NCBI GenBank assembly: GCA_023953695.1
Contig: JAMLJG010000005.1
Location: 7,477 to 71,476, forward strand
Direction: 5' to 3'
Origin: Kiritimatiellia bacterium
GTDB taxonomy: Bacteria; Verrucomicrobiota; Kiritimatiellia; CAIVKH01
Length of the DNA: 64,000 bases
Under the pieces are notes generated by a model. That model ran no database searches, had not been told where the DNA came from, and saw nothing but the letters and a program-made list of their open reading frames with translations. Shown here one piece after another: positions 17,724 through 29,300 of this stretch. How positions within the stretch are numbered: the first letter of the stretch is position 1; the number at the start of each line of letters is the position of its first letter. The translations under genes and the position numbers were made by a program.

Positions 17724-20681
17724 CTATTGAGAAGGGCGCGCGGCCTGGTAGCGGGCGTCCAACTCGGCGACGCGCCGGCGGATGTGGCCGATGAAGTTGG
17801 CGACGCGATTTTCGTAGGGGTTGTCGCTGTATCGCTTCCAGCGCGTGTCATCCCACTCGACGTAGCCAGCGAGGTCCTTTTCGCGCGCGCGAATTTCGCG
17901 CTCCATGGTGTCGAGGTCGAGGGCGGATTGGCGGAGCTCCCGCCAGCGGGCGGCGAGCTGATTGGTGTAGCCGGGGACTTCTTTCATGAGGCGGGTAAAG
18001 ACGATGCTGTGATAGATCGGGTAGCGGAGGTGGCCGTAGGTGTTATCGAAGTCGTAGGGGATGAAGAAGAACTTGGAGTCTGCGCCTTGCGGTCGCGCGA
18101 GCAGGTCGTGGATCGCGTATTGGTAGGGGTAACCGTTGTAGTTCTCGCTGAACTCGAGAAGGAGGAGGAAATCGGTCGCGTTGTCGAGGTCGAGTCGTTT
18201 TCCGATTTCATCAGCGAATTGCGATTTGGGCGCCTCCATGATGAGGCGGTGCAGATCGAGTTCGGGTTCAACAAATTCGCCATTTCTCCGCGAGGGTTCG
18301 AGTTGGCGCATGAGGTAATTGCCATCGGGTGTGAGGCTGGGCGAAGCGCCCTGTGCCTTGTAGAGCAGTGCGGGATCGGGGTCGGCGGGGTCGAATTGAG
18401 GGAATTGGAGCCACTCGGCGCGCATGGAGGGGCTGGCTTCGTAGAGGCCGAAATAGTTGCCGTTGGCGAAGATTTCCACCCAGGTGACCGGCATACCCAC
18501 GCGGAGGCGGTCGGGTCGGTCGGCGAATGCTGCGAAGCGCGAGTAGAAGAACCAGTTGTGCAGGAGGGTTGGATCGCGCCAGGGGTTCACTAAGCGAATC
18601 TTGGTTTCGTTTGTGGTGCCCCACCAGCCGTGCGGCTCGGAGAGGCGAACGCTGAACGATCGCTTGAGTTGATTGAGGGATGTGTGGCCGCGCAGCGAGA
18701 TTCCCGCGCGTTCGTCCTGAGCGGCGAAGTGGCGCTGAACGTGGGTGTCATCGCCGGCCGGATAGTAATCCATCGCGCAATCGGAGCGGCGGAGGCGATC
18801 GAGCGGGGTGGCAGCCCAGAGAAAGACGGCTGGCATTTGGCGATTGCGGGGCATGACGCGATATTCCAGCGAGTGTGTCGGCGCATCGCCCGGTGTGTTT
18901 GCGAGTTGTGCTGTGAGAATGACGTGCTGTGGTGAATTGGTGGCGGGGCGCGAGACGAGGCCATCTGTAGAAATGAGGTCGGGCCGACTGCTGGTCCAGA
19001 GCAGGGGCGTTCCGTCGGGGGTGTTCGAGGGGAGGGCAAGATCGTGAAGGATGAAGAATGGCGCTGGATTTGTCCCCAGGGTTTGCCAAGCGGAGAGCGC
19101 AGCGAGGGCCTCGGCTGCTGGTGAGCTGCGTGAAGATTCGTCGAGGGGGAGTTCTTTGAGATCCCTCTTGTTGGCGCGTATCTTGGCGATAATTTCGCGA
19201 CTGCTGAGCGGACTGGTGTAGTCGGCGCGGAGCAGTTTTCGGTAGGTGTGATCGGTTTCGTCGCAAAGTTCAATGAGGCGCGCGCGGTCCATGCGCGGGG
19301 CCTGGGTTGTGCCGAGTTTGTGCCAACTGCCGCGCGGAGGGCTTCCCTGAAGCCGCCCGGATGTTTCGCCCGGCGGGACGCCGAAGTGCGCGTAGTCCTC
19401 GTAGTGATAGATTCCGACGAACTCGCCGTTGATCATCAGGCGGCAGAAGCCATTGGAGACCGAGGGGAGGTTCAGTTCTTGTGCGACGCGCGTCTCGAGA
19501 AGCGGTGCGAGCCAACCTGCGACTTCGGGTGGCTGCAAGCGAATCCGGCGGAGGCCGAGGACGGTTTCGCCTTCTTGCGGCTCAAGGATGTAGGAGCGGC
19601 GCGTGGATTCAGGGTAGGCGCCATCCGAGCCGTCGAGTCGCAGAAAGCCCGAATAGCCGTGTTTGTTGGCAAGGATGTCCACGCGCCGGGGCTGGGCGGA
19701 CTTGGTTGTGCGGCGTCCGTTCTTGCGGCTTTGGCGATCGGCTTTGAGGAAAAACCGCGTGTCGTTCTTGGAAAGGATGAGGTTGATTTCGGGCAGAGGC
19801 GCTTTGCGTATCGTGCTGGCGTGCAGAGCGGGGTTGAGGCGATCCACGAGTTTGAGGAAGTGGGAGTAGCTCTTTCTCAGTATTTCGGTGCGGCGCAGCT
19901 TCGCGAGTTCGGTGTCCGCAAGGCGTTCGATGGCGGGCTCCGATGCGTGGGCCCAGTCCGCCACTTCGCTATCGGAGAGCGCGCGACGCAAGATCACCAC
20001 GTCGTCCACCGCGCCGAGGATGGGTTCTGCGATTAGGATGGTTGTGGCTGCACCGATTTGAATGGGCCCGGAGTCGAGTTCGAATGGTTTGCCGGTAAAA
20101 TCCGACTTAAGAACGCCGTTTTCGTAGAGGCGCGTCCGACCGGCGCGCGCGTCCACCACTGCGGCGATGTGGACGAAGCGCCCATAGTTAGTGAAGGCAT
20201 ATTCGGCAGCTTGCAGCGACGTCTCTGGGGAGGAAAAGAAGGCGAGGTGCCCGCGATCGAGCTTGAGTCCCATGACGTGTTCCATGCGCGTGAATAGGAT
20301 TTCCTGATCCACGGAGGCGGGGTTCAAGTTGACCCAGAGCGAGAGTGTGAACGTTGGGCCGAGGTCGCTCCACAGCAGGGGGAGTTTGACGAAAGTTCGG
20401 CGACCGCCGTCGAATTCGAGCGCGGTGCCGAAGCGACCCTCCACTGCGCGCGTTCCGGCGATTCGCGCGGGGTGTCCGTTTGCCCAGTTCAGGCCCGGAG
20501 GGTCATCGGCGGTGTAGAGCAGGGCCACGCCCTGTTGGGCGAGTCGGTCGCGCACACGTTCCTGGCGATGTTGCAGGCTGAATTTGCGGTCGCCAAAGAA
20601 GTCGCGATCCGCACTATACAGCGCGATGCCGACGGCCAAGAGCAGCGCGACAAGAATGCATCGGGAAAGAAATCGCCCCAT
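17724..20681 (-). CDS. Secreted/anchored LamG-domain plus CotH-kinase-family protein (985 aa)
   Basis: Signal/anchor; LamG-like (GTALEFDG, FTLSLWVN, HIAAV, GAVDDVVI); Ig-like segment (LLWTSSRPDLISTDGLV); CotH motifs LRGHTS...KRSFSVRL, RDPTLLHN, NGNYFGLY, IPYDFDNTYG. Confidence 0.75.
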   Translation of the reverse strand: MGRFLSRCILVALLLAVGIALYSADRDFFGDRKFSLQHRQERVRDRLAQQGVALLYTADDPPGLNWANGHPARIAGTRAVEGRFGTALEFDGGRRTFVKLPLLWSDLGPTFTLSLWVNLNPASVDQEILFTRMEHVMGLKLDRGHLAFFSSPETSLQAAEYAFTNYGRFVHIAAVVDARAGRTRLYENGVLKSDFTGKPFELDSGPIQIGAATTILIAEPILGAVDDVVILRRALSDSEVADWAHASEPAIERLADTELAKLRRTEILRKSYSHFLKLVDRLNPALHASTIRKAPLPEINLILSKNDTRFFLKADRQSRKNGRRTTKSAQPRRVDILANKHGYSGFLRLDGSDGAYPESTRRSYILEPQEGETVLGLRRIRLQPPEVAGWLAPLLETRVAQELNLPSVSNGFCRLMINGEFVGIYHYEDYAHFGVPPGETSGRLQGSPPRGSWHKLGTTQAPRMDRARLIELCDETDHTYRKLLRADYTSPLSSREIIAKIRANKRDLKELPLDESSRSSPAAEALAALSAWQTLGTNPAPFFILHDLALPSNTPDGTPLLWTSSRPDLISTDGLVSRPATNSPQHVILTAQLANTPGDAPTHSLEYRVMPRNRQMPAVFLWAATPLDRLRRSDCAMDYYPAGDDTHVQRHFAAQDERAGISLRGHTSLNQLKRSFSVRLSEPHGWWGTTNETKIRLVNPWRDPTLLHNWFFYSRFAAFADRPDRLRVGMPVTWVEIFANGNYFGLYEASPSMRAEWLQFPQFDPADPDPALLYKAQGASPSLTPDGNYLMRQLEPSRRNGEFVEPELDLHRLIMEAPKSQFADEIGKRLDLDNATDFLLLLEFSENYNGYPYQYAIHDLLARPQGADSKFFFIPYDFDNTYGHLRYPIYHSIVFTRLMKEVPGYTNQLAARWRELRQSALDLDTMEREIRAREKDLAGYVEWDDTRWKRYSDNPYENRVANFIGHIRRRVAELDARYQAARPSQ

Positions 20682-20682
20682 T

Positions 20683-21381
20683 TTATCGTAAACCGCCCGG
20701 TCGGTCCAAGAACACGTTGGCGTTCTGGATTGGCGCAGCGGCCCTCAAGGCGTTTTGCAGTTCCGGCGCGCTGGTTTTCAGGCCGGTGAAGGTGATCTGC
20801 AGGTGCGTGACTCCGTCGCGGCTCGACGAGCTTTCCATCGCCGTCTTCCGCAGATGCTGCTTGAGGCAATCCTGTATTTTCGGCCATGCGGCGGCTGCAT
20901 CTGCATCCGGGAGTTGCAGGACGAGCAGGCCATCGCGGCGGTGCTGGGTTACGCGGCGCGCGAGTTGAATGAGGAGCAGCGCCACAATGGCGATGGCGAG
21001 CAGAAGTCCCATGAATACGAAATTGAACGTGGCGGCGGAAACCGACGACGCGATGACGAGCATGATGAAGCCGACTTCTTCCGGCTCCTTGATCGGCGTG
21101 CGGAAGCGGATGATGGAGAGCGCGCCGAGCAAACCGAGGGAGAGCGGGATGGAGAGCTGCACCGCGATGAACAGCGTGGTGATGGAAATGGCGAGCAGCG
21201 GGAATGCGCGGTGGACCTGGCTGCCCGTGCCGCGCCGTTCGTAGAACCGGCGATAGAGCGCCGACGCGATGAATGCCGCGCCCAACGAGGTGAGCAGGGC
21301 GAGGACAAAGAGGGAGGGGTCGAGGTGATCTCGCACCTGTTGGAAATCTTCCAGGGCTTTGAATACGCTGGGACTTTTCAT
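20683..21381 (-). CDS. DUF4956 domain membrane protein
   Basis: LSLGLLGALSIIRFRTPIKEPEE signature; four TM helices. Confidence 0.88.
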   Translation of the reverse strand: MKSPSVFKALEDFQQVRDHLDPSLFVLALLTSLGAAFIASALYRRFYERRGTGSQVHRAFPLLAISITTLFIAVQLSIPLSLGLLGALSIIRFRTPIKEPEEVGFIMLVIASSVSAATFNFVFMGLLLAIAIVALLLIQLARRVTQHRRDGLLVLQLPDADAAAAWPKIQDCLKQHLRKTAMESSSSRDGVTHLQITFTGLKTSAPELQNALRAAAPIQNANVFLDRPGGLR

Positions 21382-22106
21382 GCGGGCGCTCCTCCGAGAG
21401 ACAAGATGCGAATGGCTTCACCAAATTTTGAATAACTGCGCATCCGGAACCCCGCGTCATACAAGTGGCGGAGCCACGGAATTTCCACTTGAGCCGCGTC
21501 CTTATATTCGCAGACCGTGTCTGCGATGGAGAAGGGGGCGCCGAATGGAAAGAGATCCGGATGGAATCGGTGAACGCGAATGTTCCGATCCACTGCCACG
21601 CGACCTTCGGTGTAGGGGCAGCGGTAGCGGCAGCGTTGATAGGAAATGTGGATCGCGGGAATGCGCGAATCCGACATCCACGCGCCCAGCTCTGCATTCG
21701 CCATGCGCAAAACATCTCCCAGCGCGGGGTCGGTCAGGGGGGCGGAGGCCAACCACTGGCGGTTCAGTGACAATTTTTGCCGAATCTTGTGCCGCGCGCT
21801 CCCGATTCGGAACTTCACTTCGAGAAAAGCGGGTATTTCGTTGGACTCCGCCGCGCCGCGGTTGTCCCGATACCATCGGAGCCGAACCTTGTGTTTGAGA
21901 TTGTCGCCATCCACTTTCTCGGCAAACGAGCGGAGCGAGCGGGTTTCGTAATAGATGCTGTGGATGGTGTTTTCCGGATAATCGCCGTCGGGAAGCAGGA
22001 GCTGATCCAACAACTGGATGGCCCGTTCCGCGCGAGAGGCTGATGCGATAAGCTTTCGCTCGTTCGTCAGTATCGGCTCATCCAAAATGGGGTTTGGGAT
22101 CGTCAT
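21378..22106 (-). CDS. VTC (polyphosphate polymerase-like, CYTH/TTM) domain protein
   Basis: NERK (ExK), IHSIYYET, KHKVRLRWY, FLEVK, ISYQR, RVAVD, EYK, YSKF; adjacent to DUF4956. Confidence 0.82.
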   Translation of the reverse strand: MTIPNPILDEPILTNERKLIASASRAERAIQLLDQLLLPDGDYPENTIHSIYYETRSLRSFAEKVDGDNLKHKVRLRWYRDNRGAAESNEIPAFLEVKFRIGSARHKIRQKLSLNRQWLASAPLTDPALGDVLRMANAELGAWMSDSRIPAIHISYQRCRYRCPYTEGRVAVDRNIRVHRFHPDLFPFGAPFSIADTVCEYKDAAQVEIPWLRHLYDAGFRMRSYSKFGEAIRILSLGGAPA

Positions 22107-22288
22107 CGCTTTGCGTCAGGCAGATCGAGCGCCAACATATGCAGGAGTGCTTCTCTTCCGCAAACTCAAACTACGAAGCCGTACGTTCGCTGTTTTAGAT
22201 TGTAGTGCGGGGCGACACTCACTAGGGTTTTTGCCGCTAGAGGGTGTGGAGGGTTTCTGCGCCCCTTGAACTTGTAGGAGGAATGTCA

Positions 22289-23017
22289 GTGAAGAAAACA
22301 GTTGTTTTGTCTGCGCTGTTGGCTTGCGCGACGAGTGTGTGGGCTGCGGATTCCGCTATTCAGCCGTCGGCTACCGAGTCATCCTTGCGCGGGTGGGAGA
22401 TCGGAACGCGCGTCATTCACACTGAGTTGCAGAAAACCAAGCAGGGTCGCGGCACGCAGATCAATGGAGACTGGGGCGGCACCTATCTTGGTTCGCTCAA
22501 CTACATTGATGAGGAACAGGACTATGTTCCCAGCCGCATCTACATTCAGTATTTCTTCAGCGATTTTCTGGGCGCCGGCCTGTCGTACGACAAAATCGAG
22601 GCCAAAACCGGTGAGAAGAAACGCGGTGGCGATCCTGCGCTGAGCGGGCCCGGCGACGGCAATGTCGGCGGGGAAGGACCCATTGCCTATTTGGTTTGCC
22701 GCATTCCCAATAACTCCATCTTTGTTCCATTTGCGGAGGCGGGAGTGGCGTACTACTTCTCCTACTTTAATGAAAACGATTGGAGTGATGGAGGACGCCG
22801 CTTTATGAAGACCGAGGACACTGCGGCGCTGGTCCTCGCGATCGGGTGCGACGTCAAATTGACCGAGAATCTTTCGATCAACGCCTATCTCCGCACGGTT
22901 GAAGGTGTGGATATTGATACGGAGTCGTGGCGTCGCGGCGCTCATTCGCCCGAGCGGACCGGCTCGTTTCCCCTCGATTACTACGGTGTGGGCGTGGGCG
23001 TGAAGTACGCATTCTGA
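22289..23017 (+). CDS. Outer-membrane beta-barrel protein (OmpW/OmpA-TM-like)
   Basis: Signal peptide, alternating beta strands, C-terminal GVGVKYAF; GTG 22289 chosen from AGGAGG spacing. Confidence 0.75.
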   Translation: MKKTVVLSALLACATSVWAADSAIQPSATESSLRGWEIGTRVIHTELQKTKQGRGTQINGDWGGTYLGSLNYIDEEQDYVPSRIYIQYFFSDFLGAGLSYDKIEAKTGEKKRGGDPALSGPGDGNVGGEGPIAYLVCRIPNNSIFVPFAEAGVAYYFSYFNENDWSDGGRRFMKTEDTAALVLAIGCDVKLTENLSINAYLRTVEGVDIDTESWRRGAHSPERTGSFPLDYYGVGVGVKYAF

Positions 23018-23040
23018 TCCCCACTCGCGATTTGTCCTTT

Positions 23041-23082
23041 AAGAGAGAGCCGTGCATGCCGCGCGGCTCTCTCTTTTCTTTC
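23041..23082 (+). terminator. Rho-independent terminator
   Basis: aagagagagccg...cggctctctctt stem followed by a T-rich tail. Confidence 0.8.
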
Positions 23083-23255
23083 TCCCGCGCCCAGCGGCTC
23101 GGAATTTTTGATAAAAGTCGCGTAATACGTTGGACAACAGCATGTTGTGGTTTTATTTAGAGTGTCTTTCGCGGCTCGCCTAGACGCGGTCGCGAAGTTT
23201 GGTTATTTTTTGCAAACATTTTGCTTCAACTTTTTGCGGCGTTACGTGTAGTGTG

Positions 23256-23269
23256 GTAAATCGTTTTAC
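23256..23269. promoter_or_regulatory. Candidate LacI-family operator upstream of the amylase gene
   Basis: GTAAATCGTTTTAC near-palindrome with central CG, just downstream of a TAGTGT -10-like hexamer in an AT-rich intergenic region. Confidence 0.4.
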
Positions 23270-23324
23270 TTTTTGTGTCGGATTTCAGTTTGAAGTAGGG
23301 ACTCGGATTTAGGGAGAGAAGATT

Positions 23325-26300
23325 ATGCAGCGTAGATATTCCTTTCTAGCGGCGCTCGTGTGCGCGCTGACGGTCATGTTCGGCACGGCGCGTGGCGAAG
23401 TGATGATGCAGTGGTTTGAAACCGACTGGGACGAGATGTATCAGAAGCTGCCGCGCGCGGCACTGGCGGGCTATGACAGCCTCTGGGTTCCGCCGCCGAC
23501 CAAGGCTCCGATTGGCGCGAGCACGAAGTGGGCGAACGTGGGCTATAACCTCTACGATCGCTTCGACATTGGCGATGTGCCGCAGCGCGGAACGCTGGAA
23601 ACGCGCTACGGGTCGCGCGGTTCTCTGCGCGCGATGGTGGACAACGCGCACAATCTCGGCATTAAGATCATTCCCGATATTGTGATGAACCACAACGCCA
23701 ACGGGCCGGACTTCCGCGAATATCCGGGCATGCGACCGACTGACTTTCACGTGCAGTGGCAGGAGGGTTATGTCAACACACTGAACTTCAAGCGCGCGCC
23801 GCGCATGGATCAGTGGTATCACAACGAAGGGTATGGCGGCACGATGTGGATGGACCTCGCGGGTCTGGCCGACATCCGCACGGAAGATCACCCGCTCAAC
23901 GGAGATCCCAAGCGCTTCACCGGAGAGAAGTACGGCTTCAACTTTGTGGATGGGACTTCGTACTTCCGCCACATTGGTCAATATGACCTCTATCCCTACG
24001 CCTACACGAACGAGCTCGCGTCTGAAATGCTCTATCGCTGGATCGTCTGGCTCGGCAATGCGATGGACTACGACGGCCTTCGATTGGATGCGGGCAAACA
24101 TGTGCCCTACGAGTTTTTCGGCTGGAAGGGGAGCGGATTCCTCCATGAGGCTCAGTGGAACTACACGCAGCGCCGCGGCTACAACTTCGGCGGGAATCCG
24201 AGCGATCTGTTCGCGAACGATCGCGACCGCACCAACGCCTTCATCTTTGCCGAAATCCTCTCGCCGTGGAGCGAAATTGAATACTGGTATGGTCAGGGGA
24301 ACCGCAATCCGATGCGGTTTCTGGACTATGGGATGAAAAAGACGGCTGACGGCGCGTTCACCGGGAATATGGGTGGACTCGGCGCATATGGCAGCGACTT
24401 TGGCCCCAACGCAGGTGTGGCTTATGTTTGGGGTCATGATGAAGGGCCTCCGGGAAACTCGAAGATCAACATGGCCTATGCCTACATCTTGTCGCATGTC
24501 GGCGTGCCGATGGTGTACTATACGGGCAACAACATAACGTGGGACAACTATGGTCGCGGCGCCTACGACCCGGGGAATCCGACAAAGAACAAGACTTGGA
24601 TGATTCCCGGTTATGACAGCCATGTGTTGGGCGAGGGCTCCGGCAACCCTGGCGCGATCATGAATCTTGTCTGGCTCAACCAGAATTTCGCGCGCGGTGG
24701 CGAGTGGAAGCGGTGGGACAATGACGGCGACTTCTTCGCGCTCGAACGCTTTGACGATTTGAACGGCAATGGCCAGCCGGACTCGGGCGAGGGCATCATG
24801 GTGCTCGCTCTGAATGACACGGGCAGCGACATGACGAAGAACCTCGATGTCTCCTTCCCGAACGGCACGGTTCTCAAGGATTACACGGGCAACAACATGA
24901 ACCAGGTGACTGTGAGCGGTGGAAAGGCGAACATCACTGTTCCGGGCAACGGCGGCCAAGGCTGGGTCGTCTATGCTCCTTTGTCTGCGGATGGCCTTGT
25001 GATTTCTGTTAAGGACGGCGCATCTGCGGCCGGTACGGTGGCGTGGGTGCATCCCTCGGGCGAGCACGCGAACGATCTAACACAGGAAGTGCTGCGCGTG
25101 ACGAACAACACCGTCACGATCGAAGGCCTTGTGACGCAGGTTCCTTCGGGCATCAATGTGGACAACTTGATGATGCAGTGGGGTGGCGGCCGCCAGCTGC
25201 CCGTGACGAACTGGTTTGATCAGAACCGCGGTCGCGTCTCGGGTCGGTTCCACAACATGAACCGCAACAACGCAACGAACTACTCGCTGACGTTCTCCAC
25301 GACGAACCTCCCCGAAGGGTTGAACATTGTCAAAGTGCGCGCGTTCACTGAGCGCCCGAGCGGTTATTCCGCGATCTACAATACGCAGTCGAAGGTCATC
25401 TATGTGGACCGCCACGGTCCGGACCTTGTGTTGGATGTCCCCTCGACATTCAAGGGCGATGCGGTTCTGCACATTTCCAACCCCGACTTCACGGCCTACG
25501 AAGTTTTTGTGAAAGTTGACGGCGGCTCCGAGGTCAAAGCCGATATGGTGATGAAGGGCACATTCCGCTATGCGCTTACGGGCCTCTCTGCGGGCAGCCA
25601 TACCATCACGGTGCGCGCAACAGAGTATAACTATGCGAGCACGCGTACGCAAATCAATCAGAGCACATCGGTCACCTCGGTGACGGCTCAAGCCAAGGAC
25701 GCTGGGTCGCTGGCATTGGCGATTGACGATGCCGACAAGACGCCGGGCGATAACATTGCCGAGCTACCCTTCTTTAAGGTCATTGCCTCGGGCCACTCCG
25801 GGAGCGCGAAGTTGTATTGGGATGGCTATGAACTCCCTTGGAACGGCGGCAACGGAACCAATATCTTCAACGGCGAAATCGTTCGCCGCGACAATCAGGG
25901 GCGCGTGGAAACCAATCGTCTTTGGGGCAATTTTGTTAACGGGCCTCATATCTTTGAGTTGAGGCAGGGCAGCGACGTCGTCGCGAAGCGCGTTGTCTTC
26001 AATCTCTATGGCGCAAACCATGTGGATTCCGATGGCGATGGATTGCCGGACAATGTTGAGATACCCTACTTTGATCAGGGTGCGCCCGGTCCCGACCAAT
26101 TCTATCCTGGCGATAGCAATGGCAATTTTGTTCCCGATCCTGGCGAGAGCTGGGGCCGCCTGAATCCGTACAACCACTCGACGTTTTTCTCGACTCAATG
26201 GGATGATCGCAACGACTTTGATGGCGATGGATTCTCCAACGGGGAAGAAGTGCGCGCAGGTTACTTCGAAGACGGAAACGCATATAAGTACAACATTTAC

Positions 26301-29300
26301 AGCGCGAGCTCGAAGCCTTCGGGACCTCCGGGCACCCAACCCTCTTCCGCGTCAGCCGTTCCGGGAATCGCGGTTCCTGGAGAGAATATTACGATTACCT
26401 ATAGTCCGAATGATGGCGCTTTGAAGTCAGTCGGACAGGTGGTAATGCATGTGGGTCACTCCAAGCGCACGATGGGTTCGTGGCAGGACGTCCTCGATAT
26501 TTCGATGAGCAAGTCCGGCACGAATTGGACTGCGGTCTATGCGGTGTCAAACAACGCGACATCGGTTGATGTGACGTTCTTTGATGGCGGCTCGACATGG
26601 GACGGCCGAGATTGGCAATTCCAAGTGGCGGGCGCGTCGTCGAATCGGTTTGTGATGGATGCGGCCCTCGACTCGTCGGCTTATGAGATTGCCGAGTATA
26701 ACGGCATGAAACTCTGGGCGGCCGTGCGCGGCACGAAGCTCTACGTTGCGACGTGGGGAACGGGCCCATACAGCGGCATCACGAACGATCACTTCATCAT
26801 GATCGGCAAAGACATCGGCGATGCGACGCCGAACCCGTGGGTAAAGCAGGGATATACCTTCCTGGGCACGAATTTCCTCTACCTCGGCGCTGAGGGTGGG
26901 AATCAGTGGTCGGGATGGTTCAATTCTGCCGATCCCAATGCGGTGAGCAGCAATTCGAATTTGAATGGTACCTACAACTACCTCGAGGGCGAGATTGACC
27001 TCGTGGACCAATTCGGATCAACCCCGGCCGCCCTCTATATTGCCGTGGGCGTGTTTGCGGGTAATGATGGCGATCCGATGGTCGCTCAAGTTCCCGCTCG
27101 ATGGGGCGATAACAACTCGAACATTGAAGTGACCGAACTTCTGCGCGTTCCGCTCGCTTCCATTCGCGACGAAGACGGCGATGGCAACTTCGATGGCGGC
27201 AGTCCCATGCTGTGGACGGTGGTCAATGGCAACACGAATGATGCCAACTACGGCCTGCGCCGCTTCTTCCTCGACGAATTGCGCAACGATCAGGAGCAGC
27301 TCACAGTCATTCTCCAGCCGAATGCGGGCGGGACAAATGTCGTGACGGCGGTCGAATTGTTCTCGAACCTCAATCGTCGCGATCGCGCGAAATTGCCGGG
27401 CGATGAAGACCCGAACGATGTCACAACCACCTCGCTGGATACCTACTATCTTGCGTACACGATGAACGACATCGGCGGCGGCCGCTACTCGGTGACGGTG
27501 CCGGTGAACCGCACGGGAGTCTATCGCATCAACGCCCGCTACAAGATCAATAACGGACCGTGGCGCTATTACACAGACAACGGCTTGCGCCGCGACACGG
27601 CGGTCGTTGTTTCCCCGAAGAAGGCGCTCGACACGACGGTCTATGAACTCAATCCGCTGACCGCGGAGGCCAAGACGGATCAATTCGCGGGCCGTTCGAC
27701 GTTCCGCAATATGTACTTGGACGACAATGACCGCCCGAACGGCATCAGCACGAACAAGCTCAAGCAGCTCGGTGTGAATATGGTCTGGCTCCAGCCGATC
27801 CATCCGATCGGAACGGTCGGCCGAGACATTGACCCGTCCACGAGCCTCCCGTACGACCCGGGATCGCCGTATGCGGTGAAGGACTACTGGCAGGTCAATC
27901 CAGTGCTCGGCACGGACAACACGGCCGCCTCGGCGCTCCAGGAGTTTACCAACTTCGTGCACCAATACGATGCCAATGGCATTGGCGTCATGCTGGATGG
28001 CACCTTCAATCACTCGGCATGGGATGCCCAAGTCGGCCAGATGGCTGTGGAAATGGACCTGAAAAACAACCAGGGCGTCACGCTCAATCCATCCGACCTG
28101 ATCTCTTCGGTTCGCGTCGGTTGGTATTCCAAGCGCGATAGCTACGGTGAGCCCGCGACCTATTTCAATTCAACGGGCGACACAGACATTGCAGTCGCTC
28201 CGGATCGCTTCGATTTCGGCAAGTGGAATGACGCGGCGGACTTCCTCTTCGGCAAGTATGATGCGTTGGTTCAGAAGGCGCCGGCGAATACGAACTGGAC
28301 GTGGAGCAGCGGCTGGTCTCAGCGCTATTTGCGCGAAGATGATCGCTTCGAAGGATACTCCACCGATGCCACGCGCGAGCTGTGGGAATACTTTGCGAAT
28401 TATCCCATCTACTGGCTGGAAAAGACGGGCCATCCCGTTGGCACACCAAAGAGCGAATCCTACAAGGGTATTGATGGGCTGCGCTGCGACTTTGCGCAGG
28501 GCCTTCCGAATCAGTTCTGGGAATATGCGATCAACAAGACGCGCACCGTCAAGTGGGACTTCTTGTTCATGGCGGAGTCGCTCGATGGCTACAGCACGGT
28601 GAACGGCTCGAACCGCCACGGTGTCGGCTATCGTTCGGCGCGCCAGTTTGACATTCTGAACGAGAACATTCTCTACCTCTGGCGCAATGACTTCTTCAAC
28701 TATCGCACCTATCCGGATCAGACGAACTCGAACCCGAACCGCAAGACGGGGGTCATCTTCAATGCCTTCGACGTTCGCAAGAATGCGTTTGAGATGTCGC
28801 CGGTGCTGTTGAACCTCGTGTCGCATGACGAGATCTTCCCCACGGACGATCAGTGGAGCCTCGCCTACGCCTACGCCATCAACGGCGCCATGGATGGCGT
28901 TCCGATGCTGTTCTATGGCCAGGAAAGCGGAGCGCAGAACGACTACACCAATTACAATGCGCGGTCGGACTTCGGGATTGACGCGAAGAACAACTTCGCG
29001 CGCTACGAATTGAACTTCGGCAAGTCCATTCCGCACTTCAAGCGATACAACCACATGACGAATATCTGGAATGCGTCGTGGTCGTCTCAGTTGCGCGCGA
29101 CCTACAATCGCATCAACTGGGCCCGCATGAACTCGCCCGCGCTGCGCTCGCAACAGAATTACTTCCTGGCGGACAAGGCGACGACGAATTGGAACCCGGA
29201 TATCTTTGCCGTCGCGAAATTCCAGAAGCCGGGTGTTTCGGCGGCCACGCAGGATGTCGTGTTCGCATTTGTGAACAACGACTTCCGCGCGAATCAATCG

